Notes under the pieces: generated by a model | What the model was told of the DNA's origin: nothing | Seen by the model: only the letters and a program-made list of their open reading frames with translations | Databases searched by the model: none | Made by a program: the position numbers and the translations under genes | Part shown: positions 45,453 through 53,801 of the stretch, in pieces | Position numbering within the stretch: the stretch's first letter is position 1 | How the letters are laid out: the number at the start of each line of letters is the position of its first letter | Source of the DNA: a virus | Lineage: Duplodnaviria > Caudoviricetes | Virus record (IMG/VR): IMGVR_UViG_3300006919_000067 | Span: 1-55,435 of that record | DNA length: 55,435 nt | Direction: 5' to 3' (one strand)

Positions 45453-45648
45453 AATACTCAACAATCTCTTTCGCTAATCGCATGGCTTCATCAAAGTTTT
45501 TTCTAAATCTATTAGACTTATGACCGTTTTTAATAAAGTCCTTTAAGTTATGTATATTACCATCATAGCTTGGTAAATCGTAAGCCAGTCTAAATGAAAC
45601 CATTGATTCCCATTGGTATCTAAGATTTAAAATCATTTCAATTGTCAT
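45412..45648 (-). CDS. Hypothetical protein
   Basis: ORF overlapping both neighbours in the operon. Confidence 0.6.
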   Translation of the reverse strand: MTIEMILNLRYQWESMVSFRLAYDLPSYDGNIHNLKDFIKNGHKSNRFRKNFDEAMRLAKEIVEYYERPVASLDKQLA

Positions 45649-46252
45649 AGTTGCCTTCCATTTTAAATAATCCCATAATACCGGGAGATGTTATATCTTC
45701 TTTCATAAGAGAACTGTATTTTGTATTAGTGTAGAACCAATACTTAGGCTTGTATTTTTCACCCCACATTTTATTTTTTACTTTAGTTGCTCTGCGAACA
45801 TCTACTCTCTCAATATTATCTGCAAGAATATATCTTGGTTTTATCTTCATACACGAAGTAAAATCACGAAACGGTGCTTCACCATCATGCATACCATCAA
45901 CAAATATTAAATCAATATCTTTGTGACGATATTCTTTATCCCAAATGGGTTCTTTATAAAATGTGTGTTGTGGATAGAACTTTCGTATTTGTCTCGCATT
46001 TCTCGCAGAGACATCACTAGGATCATAGCTTTCTAAAGACACTAAGTTTTTAAATACATTCATCATTAAAAGAGATCCGTGTCCTGCAAACATTCCAATT
46101 TCTATAACACGTTTAGGGTTCACTATTTTCTGTATCTCAAGCCAAGCGTCAACCATATCTTTATTATTGAGATCAGTACCACCCCAACTATCTCTAGGCC
46201 AGTGTAAATAATGATCATCTATTCCTAAAATGTTCGACACCATAATCCTCAA
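45638..46252 (-). CDS. Class I SAM methyltransferase (Methyltransf_24-like)
   Basis: VIEIGMFAGHG, DLIFVDGMH and ILADN motifs. Confidence 0.8.
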   Translation of the reverse strand: MRIMVSNILGIDDHYLHWPRDSWGGTDLNNKDMVDAWLEIQKIVNPKRVIEIGMFAGHGSLLMMNVFKNLVSLESYDPSDVSARNARQIRKFYPQHTFYKEPIWDKEYRHKDIDLIFVDGMHDGEAPFRDFTSCMKIKPRYILADNIERVDVRRATKVKNKMWGEKYKPKYWFYTNTKYSSLMKEDITSPGIMGLFKMEGNYDN

Positions 46253-46841
46253 TCATCTCCCTGTCAACAGCGAACTCAAAGTTACTTGATATTATAGTTT
46301 TTCTTTGATTGCTTTTAATTTGAGGTGATCTATGATTTAAAAATGTGGGAAAGAATATCATATCACCTTCTTTCACGTCAAACTGACCAAAATTTAAAAA
46401 CTCTGTGGCTTCTGTCATTTCAGGTAGTTCAACATAATATACCATTGCCCAATGAGCATTATGTCCATGCCAACCAAAGCCTGAACCTTGTAGGTACTGT
46501 TGAAACCAATATATATTTTCTCTATCGCCTTTTTCCCTATTGATATTTTTAGATCTACAATAGTTGCCAAACATCTGTTCAAGTTCACTTATAGGATCAA
46601 AAACTATATGATCCATAAGTTTACTATATGTTCTAGGAGCGTTTTTTATGTCAAAATCGTAATAATAACCTTGAGGATTCAACTGAATGTTATTAATCTC
46701 TTTCATCTTCTCAATAGATTCTAACAGTAAAGGCTTCCAATAATCGTCATGATTATCTACAGAAAAAACATAAACAAAATCTGGAAGATTATCCTTGGAG
46801 TTGTTGGTTGTCAAGTTCGTCATGATCATACTCATCGTCAA
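46215..46841 (-). CDS. 2OG-Fe(II) oxygenase-like protein
   Basis: WFQQY..GWHGH, VYYV, EGDMIFFPTFLNH and RKTIISSN motifs. Confidence 0.8.
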   Translation of the reverse strand: MTMSMIMTNLTTNNSKDNLPDFVYVFSVDNHDDYWKPLLLESIEKMKEINNIQLNPQGYYYDFDIKNAPRTYSKLMDHIVFDPISELEQMFGNYCRSKNINREKGDRENIYWFQQYLQGSGFGWHGHNAHWAMVYYVELPEMTEATEFLNFGQFDVKEGDMIFFPTFLNHRSPQIKSNQRKTIISSNFEFAVDREMIEDYGVEHFRNR

Positions 46842-46974
46842 ACATTACTTCATTTAGCATCTGTTTATTTTCATTGCCCGATACTTCACGTATCCGTAAG
46901 TCTTTTGTTTGAGACTTGATTTTATTATTGCCACTTTTCTTGTTTCGTGGATCGTACCTAGAATATTTTGCCAT
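46789..46974 (-). CDS. Small hypothetical protein
   Basis: SD GAGG before MAKYSRYDPRNKK. Confidence 0.65.
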   Translation of the reverse strand: MAKYSRYDPRNKKSGNNKIKSQTKDLRIREVSGNENKQMLNEVMFDDEYDHDELDNQQLQG

Positions 46975-46985
46975 TTTAACCTCTC

Positions 46986-47681
46986 TTAGTATCCTAGCAT
47001 TTCTTTAGTCATTATATAATCCCTTACAAAATCAGAACGCACAATATCTTCCCATCCAAAATTTACTATAGAGAAGTTGCGTAACTGTTCCACAATCTGT
47101 AAAAACTTCATGATACCATTCTTTTCATCATCAAACTTAAAGTCGCTCTGCTTGTAATCACCACAGAAAATAATCTTACTATTCTTCCCCACACGTGTTA
47201 TGACAGAATCTAACTCATGAAAGTTCAGGTTCTGCATTTCATCTACAACTATAATACTGTTGTCATAGGTAGTTCCTCGAATAAAAGAAGTTGAATCAAA
47301 AGATATTTGACCTGAAGTTAGCATTTTATTATATGAAGATTTATCTCCAAATAGTTCGTGACATATGTTCTTATATGGAGAAGTGAATGCATCTTCTTTT
47401 TCTTCTTTAGTTCCGGGCAGGAACCCCATATCTCTTGTTGGAACCATAGATCTTATAATAACCAATCTATTATATTCTTGTGCCTCTAAAACATCTTCTA
47501 ACGCAAGGTACAATGCCATAAAGGTCTTGCCTGTACCTGCAGATCCTGTAAGAACTAAGTTATCACCATCATCCCATGCTGAATAAGCAGCTTCCTGAGT
47601 TGCTGTCAATGGATCATGCTGTAACAGATCAGCCAATCTAACAGTCATAGAGTTGTTCAAACTCTTCACACGTTTTGTCAT
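46986..47681 (-). CDS. phoH: PhoH-family ATPase
   Basis: GSAGTGKT, MGFLPG, FIRGTT, VDEMQN, GDYKQSD and DIVRS motifs. Confidence 0.95.
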   Translation of the reverse strand: MTKRVKSLNNSMTVRLADLLQHDPLTATQEAAYSAWDDGDNLVLTGSAGTGKTFMALYLALEDVLEAQEYNRLVIIRSMVPTRDMGFLPGTKEEKEDAFTSPYKNICHELFGDKSSYNKMLTSGQISFDSTSFIRGTTYDNSIIVVDEMQNLNFHELDSVITRVGKNSKIIFCGDYKQSDFKFDDEKNGIMKFLQIVEQLRNFSIVNFGWEDIVRSDFVRDYIMTKEMLGY

Positions 47682-47682
47682 A

Positions 47683-47916
47683 TTATACGTCTATCTTACT
47701 ATCTTTGCCAGAACCAGATTTAACTTTTCGAAGAACGTCTTTCCAACCATCACCTGCCTTATTGTGAGTGGAACCATGCTGAGAAATAAACTTGGGAGTA
47801 ATCAGCTTTTGTTTCCACTCACCATTAGACAGAAGCTCTTCACGCTCTGCTAGAGATAAGATCATTTCTTTTTCTTCACTTGTAGACACATTTATCATTG
47901 TGTACGTAGGCATCAT
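47683..47916 (-). CDS. Conserved hypothetical protein (MPTY N-terminus, FmdB-like position upstream of phoH)
   Basis: MPTYT...GWKDVLRKVK; lacks the FmdB cysteines. Confidence 0.65.
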   Translation of the reverse strand: MMPTYTMINVSTSEEKEMILSLAEREELLSNGEWKQKLITPKFISQHGSTHNKAGDGWKDVLRKVKSGSGKDSKIDV

Positions 47917-47959
47917 TATAACCTTTTTTAATCAGATTGGCAACCCCAATCTTTACCTT

Positions 47960-48109
47960 TTATGCAGCTTCCAACTTAGACACTAGAAAATCTCTTTTTT
48001 TATTTAACTTTGAAACTAGGTCCATCTTACCTTTTTCCTTTACTTTACTTATGTATAGGTTTAATTCTTCTAAATCTTTTCTTAGTCTATCAAGTTGGAT
48101 TCTACTCAT
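47960..48109 (-). CDS. Small coiled-coil protein (49 aa)
   Basis: Manual translation MSRIQLDRLRKDLEELNLYI...KLEAA*; strong SD AGGAG. Confidence 0.65.
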   Translation of the reverse strand: MSRIQLDRLRKDLEELNLYISKVKEKGKMDLVSKLNKKRDFLVSKLEAA

Positions 48110-48136
48110 ACCTTCTCCTATATTACATATTACATA

Positions 48137-48571
48137 CTATTTAACTATTAAATCTGGAAATGCCTCCTGTACCAGTTTCTTTGTAATGCCTTTGACAGGC
48201 ATTTTCTTATTGATCATGCCAACAAGAAGTTCAGCATCTTTTGGATGTACTGTTTCTAACATATCCAAGAAGATCTTTTCTCTCTTGACTGCCGCCATTT
48301 TTGATCCTGGTCCATTAGGAATGAAGTACGCAAACTTTTTATTGTGTTGCATTAGATTAGATGGGGTGGATCTCTCATCAGCAGGTTCATATGGTGGCTT
48401 ACCATTAGGTAAGTTCCATGTAACTAAATCATCAAAAGTGCCACGCAATATGTCTTTCATGGCCCAATTATTTTGATTTGATTTTAAGATGTTTATTTTG
48501 TCTGTGCGACTTTTAGCTTTAGAAACTTGTTCTAAAATCTCATGTACATTATATGTGGTCTTATTTACCAT
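48137..48571 (-). CDS. Conserved hypothetical protein of T4-like phages (follows rnh)
   Basis: LPNGKPPY, KREKIFLDMLETVHPKDAELL and ITKKLVQEAFP motifs. Confidence 0.75.
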   Translation of the reverse strand: MVNKTTYNVHEILEQVSKAKSRTDKINILKSNQNNWAMKDILRGTFDDLVTWNLPNGKPPYEPADERSTPSNLMQHNKKFAYFIPNGPGSKMAAVKREKIFLDMLETVHPKDAELLVGMINKKMPVKGITKKLVQEAFPDLIVK

Positions 48572-48572
48572 A

Positions 48573-49415
48573 CTAAATGAAGTCCTCTATATCCTCTAGT
48601 AACATTCGGCAACGTTTCTCTACAAAGTAGGGAAAGACTTTACCTCTGTTGTTCCACTTGTCTTGCTCTTCAAAACTATTTAGTATTTTAGATTTTACTG
48701 AACTAGGAGTTTCTTCTAAATCAATAAGTTTTTTATTGCGACAATAGTTCCTATACACTTCATCACCCATAGCTTTGATATCTTCTGTAAGTTTATCTAT
48801 AGTAGTTTGGCGCATAGGTGTTTGTCGGATGCCTTCTACAAAACAATCATCATTGCTTAGTACATTAGGAACACCATCTGATTGATCACCCTTTAAAATA
48901 AGTTCTAATAACTGTTTTCTAGGGTTACGTTCTACAACAAATGATTTCTTCAAAGGAGAGTACTGTTGAACATTAGGATGCTTTTGTAGTTGTGCAAAGT
49001 CTTTATCTGATGATACGATCATGATAGGTTCGTTCTTACCAAACTCCTGAGTTTCTTCTACAAGAGTTGCAATAACATCATCTGCTTCGCATTCTTCTAC
49101 TAACACAGTTTTATATGGAAAGTGTTCCCCAATCTCTTCATACACCTGATAGATGATCCTAAACAGTTCATCCCAATCAACGTTATCTTTCTTTCTATTA
49201 CTACCACGTTTAAACTTGTAGTTAGGAAAGAAGTCTTTACGCCAGTTCTTTCTACCATCACCACATACTACTATTTCACCATAGTTCTCTTTAAACTTAT
49301 TTCTATACATTCTAATATTATTCAAGATGAGATGACGAAAAAGATCTTCATTCATCTCATCTTTCTGTTGAATAATACTACCAATGGCTACTGCATTATA
49401 ATCAATTAATATCAT
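48573..49415 (-). CDS. rnh: T4-type RNase H (5'-3' exonuclease)
   Basis: ILIDYN, WRKDFFPNYK, EADDVI, SSDKDFAQL and GDQSDGVPN motifs. Confidence 0.95.
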   Translation of the reverse strand: MILIDYNAVAIGSIIQQKDEMNEDLFRHLILNNIRMYRNKFKENYGEIVVCGDGRKNWRKDFFPNYKFKRGSNRKKDNVDWDELFRIIYQVYEEIGEHFPYKTVLVEECEADDVIATLVEETQEFGKNEPIMIVSSDKDFAQLQKHPNVQQYSPLKKSFVVERNPRKQLLELILKGDQSDGVPNVLSNDDCFVEGIRQTPMRQTTIDKLTEDIKAMGDEVYRNYCRNKKLIDLEETPSSVKSKILNSFEEQDKWNNRGKVFPYFVEKRCRMLLEDIEDFI

Positions 49416-49445
49416 ATACTATCCTGTCTCAAAAACCTTTAGTTT

Positions 49446-49473
49446 ATTATATACTATTTTACTGATTCGTCAA
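49446..49473 (-). promoter_or_regulatory. Sigma70-type promoter TTGACG-N16-TATAAT with GAATC overlapping -35 (rnh)
   Basis: TTGACGAATCAGTAAAATAGTATATAAT. Confidence 0.75.
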
Positions 49474-49946
49474 TACTCTTTATTCATTTTCTTCATTGCT
49501 GCCTCATAATCTTCTTGAGATACAATACCTTCTGCCAACAGTCTTTCTCTGTTTTTCATGTGTGCAGCCTGTGTATCCTCTTTAGACCCACCAAAGTAAG
49601 GAACACAGTGTCCTTCTTCGATCATGATATCAGTAACCTTACGTCCATCAGGCACACGAAAGTCTCCAAGGATACGTCCAAACTTACCCTTCATATCTTC
49701 GCCATGCTTGTTTTCTGTGGTGATTAGTTTGCCGCCATCTTTCATGAGTTCTTTCAGTCTAGCCTTTGCAGCCTCACCAAACAGATCTTCTACTCTGTCA
49801 GATGTGCGTGACTCAGGTGTATCAATGCCCATGATCCGCACTCTCTCATCTTTAAGACAAACACCAAATCCTAAATCGATATCAACATCAACCGTGTCTC
49901 CATCTAGAACCTTTATTACTGTTACGTCATATTCGTTGTGTTGCAT
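49470..49946 (-). CDS. Thermonuclease (SNase-like)
   Basis: VLDGDTVDVDIDLGF, RIMGIDTPE and GKFGRILG motifs. Confidence 0.9.
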   Translation of the reverse strand: MQHNEYDVTVIKVLDGDTVDVDIDLGFGVCLKDERVRIMGIDTPESRTSDRVEDLFGEAAKARLKELMKDGGKLITTENKHGEDMKGKFGRILGDFRVPDGRKVTDIMIEEGHCVPYFGGSKEDTQAAHMKNRERLLAEGIVSQEDYEAAMKKMNKEY

Positions 49947-50357
49947 TTATTCTTTCCCTAATATGTGTTTACGATGTATCTTTCCTCCAATAAATGCATT
50001 ATAATACTCATCAGGCTTCAGGAGAACATCTCTCTCTAGCTGATATTTCATTTCATAGTAAGAGCATAGCCCCTTTGTCTTACAAAGTTTTAAGATCTCT
50101 CTGTTAAAGTTTTCTGCGCCTTTAGTTTCCACTAACATTTTTACTTCGGTACTGCTACCATAGTATTTACGCCAATCGCTCTCAGTGCGGCTCCTAACGG
50201 CTCTCTTGCGTGTTTTAGTGACAGGTAGCTTCTTTGGCTTCCAAAAAAACTTCTTGCCAATATATTTCATTCCAGTATCTAGTTCAGTGATTTCATACAC
50301 AAATCCCTGATATTCTTCAGGTGTTTCTTCAAACACTTTACCATTATAATACCACAT
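49947..50357 (-). CDS. GIY-YIG-like endonuclease
   Basis: GFVYEIT...KYIGKK, ESDWRKYYGS and YYN motifs. Start trimmed to MWYYN. Confidence 0.75.
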   Translation of the reverse strand: MWYYNGKVFEETPEEYQGFVYEITELDTGMKYIGKKFFWKPKKLPVTKTRKRAVRSRTESDWRKYYGSSTEVKMLVETKGAENFNREILKLCKTKGLCSYYEMKYQLERDVLLKPDEYYNAFIGGKIHRKHILGKE

Positions 50358-50384
50358 AAAAAAATAGCCCTGCTGTTGCAAGGC

Positions 50385-50392
50385 TATTTATA
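50385..50392 (-). promoter_or_regulatory. T4-type late promoter TATAAATA
   Basis: Exact motif in the gap upstream of the GIY-YIG-like gene. Confidence 0.7.
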
Positions 50393-50527
50393 CTAATCTT
50401 CTACTTCTTCAAACTCTATGGGAGATCCGCACATTGGGCAGTATTGTGGAACCTCTTCGCTATCTACCACTAATACCTGCGTTTCGGTCTCACAAGCGAT
50501 ACACTCTGCCCAATATTCTTCTTCCAT
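50393..50527 (-). CDS. Small CxxC...CxxC zinc-ribbon/rubredoxin-like protein (44 aa)
   Basis: Manual translation MEEEYWAECIACETETQVLVVDSEEVPQYCPMCGSPIEFEEVED*; SD AGGAG. Confidence 0.75.
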   Translation of the reverse strand: MEEEYWAECIACETETQVLVVDSEEVPQYCPMCGSPIEFEEVED

Positions 50528-50561
50528 GTTCTCTCCTATTATTGGCTTGCTACTATATAGC

Positions 50562-52790
50562 CTAGAAGGTTATTTCACATGCGCCCCCTTGACACGCAAT
50601 AGCTCCCATAGTATCGATCTCAGTGAACCGCTTTTCATCTAGTTCTGATGAGAAGTCCACAGACTGAATATTCTGTTGTATCTTTTCCCACTTGTGAAGT
50701 AAGAACACATCTTTCAGACAATACTCAGTTTCCTTAAGATCTCCCATGAAGTAGTTATCAGCAAACTTGTTGAACCGTCTAATCCACTCAGCACGTAGGT
50801 CAGAGACTTCTCCTTGATACTCAGGTGGAGTTTGTGCAATCTGTGTTGCTTCCCATAGATCACGAAACCCTTGCTTACGAGTATCCACAATCAGACCTGA
50901 TGCAAACAAAGCAGCCTTGCCATACTTAGCAACAATCTGATCTTCTGTTAATACTTCTGTCATAGGTGCTTGGGCAAAGTCTTTATCACCCATACCTGCC
51001 AAGAAACTAATACCTGCAAAGTTGTGACGATTTTCAAACACATAGTCTTCTACTTCGTTCCACATATGAGGCAACACAGTTACAGTATTTGATACGTTGT
51101 GACGTGTCTTAGGGTTTGCACATAGCTCTACATTCGTACCTGCTTCTACCCAATTATTTTGCACAGTACTTACTTTCTCAAGTAATGCTTTACCATACAA
51201 CTCTTCACGATACAAAGATCCTTCAGGAGTGATGATTGGGAATGCTACACAGTAGTCTGTGCCATTAGCAGACCATACAGACTCTTCAACCATGTATGGA
51301 TTAGTTTTTGCCAACAACTGTCCTACCTCAGTTTCTTTGTTCAACTGAATGTGACGCAAGTAACGAGCACTATGCTCTGCATGAATACCAGAAGCAGTTT
51401 CTAATAGAACTGATGCATTACCTGATGGTTTAACACAAGTAGTACGTGCTGCAGGGTTGATACCAATCAATGCTGCAACTTCCTTGTTGACAGACTTAAC
51501 AATCTCTGCGCCTTGACGTTGAGTTTCTTCATCAAACAACACATTAGGATTATTCATCCAACCAGTTACAGACACGCCCAACAGTGCTTCACGCTCAAAG
51601 ATACGCTTGCTTGTTTCTGTTAGATATTTGAAATCAGTATAACCTGCTTGTAGTGTACCTAAGATTGCTCCTGCACGACATGCCTTAAAGAACTCATCTT
51701 GGCTTGTACACTTACCACCATTGATCTCTGTTAGGTTACATCCCTGCCAACCTGATTCTCCATCAATCTGCGGATACATGCCAATCTCAACACAAGGATT
51801 AGTCGTGATATCTCTGTCTTCGACAAAGAAAAATCCGGGCTCTCCGAACTCTTTGATCGAACCCATAATCTTTTTAAACTCTTCTCTAGTGATTTCGGAT
51901 CTGACGATAACTGCTGAATTATTGCTTCGGCCCCTTTGAGGGTTATCGATGAACCAGTTCCCTGTTTTGGCATTAATCATTTCCTCATCTTCGGGTGAGA
52001 ATAAACAGATAGTCGCACTACGTCTTACACCACCTGCTAGAACCGCATCTGCAGCATGCATGGCAATGTCATAAACCTCAATAGGCTTAAGCACATCACG
52101 CCCTGATAAAACAATAGTCTGTAGGATATGCTCAATCTTATCTAGTGCTCTACGTAGTGGTTCAGGGCCAGGGGCTTTAAATCCACCGTTGATCATGGCA
52201 CCCTTTGGACGCACTTGGTTTAAATCGAAATATACTTTACGTCCTTCCATTTCAGGAAACTGTCCACCACCCACAAAGTATGATGACATAAGCGCACCTA
52301 GCGCATCAGCCCAACCTTCAACAGAATCTTCTACGATCCAACCTTTGGCTTGCTTCTTACGTTCAGCTAAATTTGGCAACTTCTCCACATGATGCTTTTG
52401 CACAGAGAACCCTGCCCCTGCGCCACAGAGAAGCACGTAGAATAGCTCTGAAAAGAAACGTGGTCTATCGGCATAGGTTGACGTACAGTTATACATTCTC
52501 ATCATATGTTTGCGTAACTGATCTCCACCAAACTGTAGAGCACGTTGAGCACCTAGTGCATACTTTAACTTATAAAGAGATTCTGCCTCATTGATCATCT
52601 GATTAAGTTCAGGTGTCATCTTGTCTTTGTAGTAATCTCTGTGCATGTTCATAACACGACTTACAGACTCATCCCAACTCTCATAGCGTTCTTTGGTGTC
52701 ATCCCACCTACTGTATCCTTCATAAAATTTAGTTTTGGACATAAGACTTCTTGTGTCTCTATCCCTATTGTTGTTGACAAGTTTGAGCAT
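50562..52790 (-). CDS. nrdJ: Class II adenosylcobalamin-dependent ribonucleotide reductase (monomeric RTPR type)
   Basis: YNC, GGVRRSA, TNPCVEI, CNLTEIN, TCVKPSGN and C-terminal ACQGGACEI; no nrdB adjacent. Confidence 0.88.
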   Translation of the reverse strand: MLKLVNNNRDRDTRSLMSKTKFYEGYSRWDDTKERYESWDESVSRVMNMHRDYYKDKMTPELNQMINEAESLYKLKYALGAQRALQFGGDQLRKHMMRMYNCTSTYADRPRFFSELFYVLLCGAGAGFSVQKHHVEKLPNLAERKKQAKGWIVEDSVEGWADALGALMSSYFVGGGQFPEMEGRKVYFDLNQVRPKGAMINGGFKAPGPEPLRRALDKIEHILQTIVLSGRDVLKPIEVYDIAMHAADAVLAGGVRRSATICLFSPEDEEMINAKTGNWFIDNPQRGRSNNSAVIVRSEITREEFKKIMGSIKEFGEPGFFFVEDRDITTNPCVEIGMYPQIDGESGWQGCNLTEINGGKCTSQDEFFKACRAGAILGTLQAGYTDFKYLTETSKRIFEREALLGVSVTGWMNNPNVLFDEETQRQGAEIVKSVNKEVAALIGINPAARTTCVKPSGNASVLLETASGIHAEHSARYLRHIQLNKETEVGQLLAKTNPYMVEESVWSANGTDYCVAFPIITPEGSLYREELYGKALLEKVSTVQNNWVEAGTNVELCANPKTRHNVSNTVTVLPHMWNEVEDYVFENRHNFAGISFLAGMGDKDFAQAPMTEVLTEDQIVAKYGKAALFASGLIVDTRKQGFRDLWEATQIAQTPPEYQGEVSDLRAEWIRRFNKFADNYFMGDLKETEYCLKDVFLLHKWEKIQQNIQSVDFSSELDEKRFTEIDTMGAIACQGGACEITF

Positions 52791-52871
52791 CTAGCACCTC
52801 TTTAAGTAAATAGTTGTTAATACCGCTAATCCGTATGACTAGCAGTCTAATGTGTTTTTTCTGATTGGTGT

Positions 52872-52913
52872 AGTATATAGTAAAAGAAAGAATCTTGCAA
52901 CTACATATTGTAA
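52872..52913 (-). promoter_or_regulatory. nrdJ promoter TTGCAA-N17-TATACT with GATTC next to -35 and a NrdR-box-like site
   Basis: CAACTACATATTGTAA at 52898-52913 fits the NrdR core CwAyATaTwG. Confidence 0.6.
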
Positions 52914-52928
52914 TAAAAAATAATATTT

Positions 52929-53801
52929 TTATGTGTAATCATAAATTATTTGTTCAGTGTCCATATTAATATCAGTTCTGACTTTTACTTTAGTTTTATT
53001 TTTTATAAAGTCTTCTAATACGTCTGCCTGATATGCGTGAGCATCTGATTCCCAATGAAAGTTATCTTCACACTTAGTAAAGCATTCGTGTTCTAAGTGT
53101 TCATAGAATCCAGTTTCAAAAGGATCTTCAAGTAACCAGTTATCTAAATTTATTAGTTTGAATACTGGGTCTTCGGAAAAATCTTTTCCGATAGGATAAT
53201 AGTTCAAAATGACTAGTGGTATGTTATTAGATTCACATATTTGCTGTAAGTGTAAAAAGCTTTTTACGAAATCAAACTTCATGTATGTTCCAGTGTGATC
53301 ACCACAAGTTCTACGATCTACTATTATGGTATTTGTTTTAGTATTGATATAGTTTGTTGTTAAAGCCGTGGACTCAGTAGGTGAACCATAATATTCCATA
53401 TGCTGTTTCATTGCAGCATGTATCATAAACTTTCGATACTTACCCATCCATGAAATCTGACTTTCTAAATCGTTGATACGATGGGCTGCATGAAACCCTG
53501 TGGCAGGAACATATGCTCTATAAAAGTCTGTAGTCTGTAATACAATCATACTAGGTATTTCATATTTTGAATCAGGCGATAATGCCCATAACAAATATGT
53601 AATAGTATCATCGACTATGCTTTTATTGCATTTCCCAGACCAGGAAATATTATATTCCGACATATTAAATTTTGATGCTAATGCGACTGAATATCTACCT
53701 TCTAAGGGAACAACATATTCTTCTGGTTCCATTCCAAGACGTGGTTTTTTTACACGATGTTGTTCACCGTATGTAAAACTACAACCATTAAAAAATATCA
53801 T
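52929..53801 (-). CDS. SGNH/GDSL-hydrolase-like protein
   Basis: FNGCSFTYG, NISWSGKCN and DNFHW motifs. Confidence 0.6.
   Translation of the reverse strand: MIFFNGCSFTYGEQHRVKKPRLGMEPEEYVVPLEGRYSVALASKFNMSEYNISWSGKCNKSIVDDTITYLLWALSPDSKYEIPSMIVLQTTDFYRAYVPATGFHAAHRINDLESQISWMGKYRKFMIHAAMKQHMEYYGSPTESTALTTNYINTKTNTIIVDRRTCGDHTGTYMKFDFVKSFLHLQQICESNNIPLVILNYYPIGKDFSEDPVFKLINLDNWLLEDPFETGFYEHLEHECFTKCEDNFHWESDAHAYQADVLEDFIKNKTKVKVRTDINMDTEQIIYDYT

Noticed and set aside
49947-50357. Mobile homing endonuclease
   Set aside because: Short protein with no evident DNA-binding extension and no interrupted host gene; treated as a resident nuclease.
50562-52790. Intein or intron in nrdJ
   Set aside because: Continuous ORF of ordinary length with no splice motifs.
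52791-52870. Cobalamin riboswitch upstream of nrdJ
   Set aside because: The leader is short and AT-rich, with no B12-box elements.
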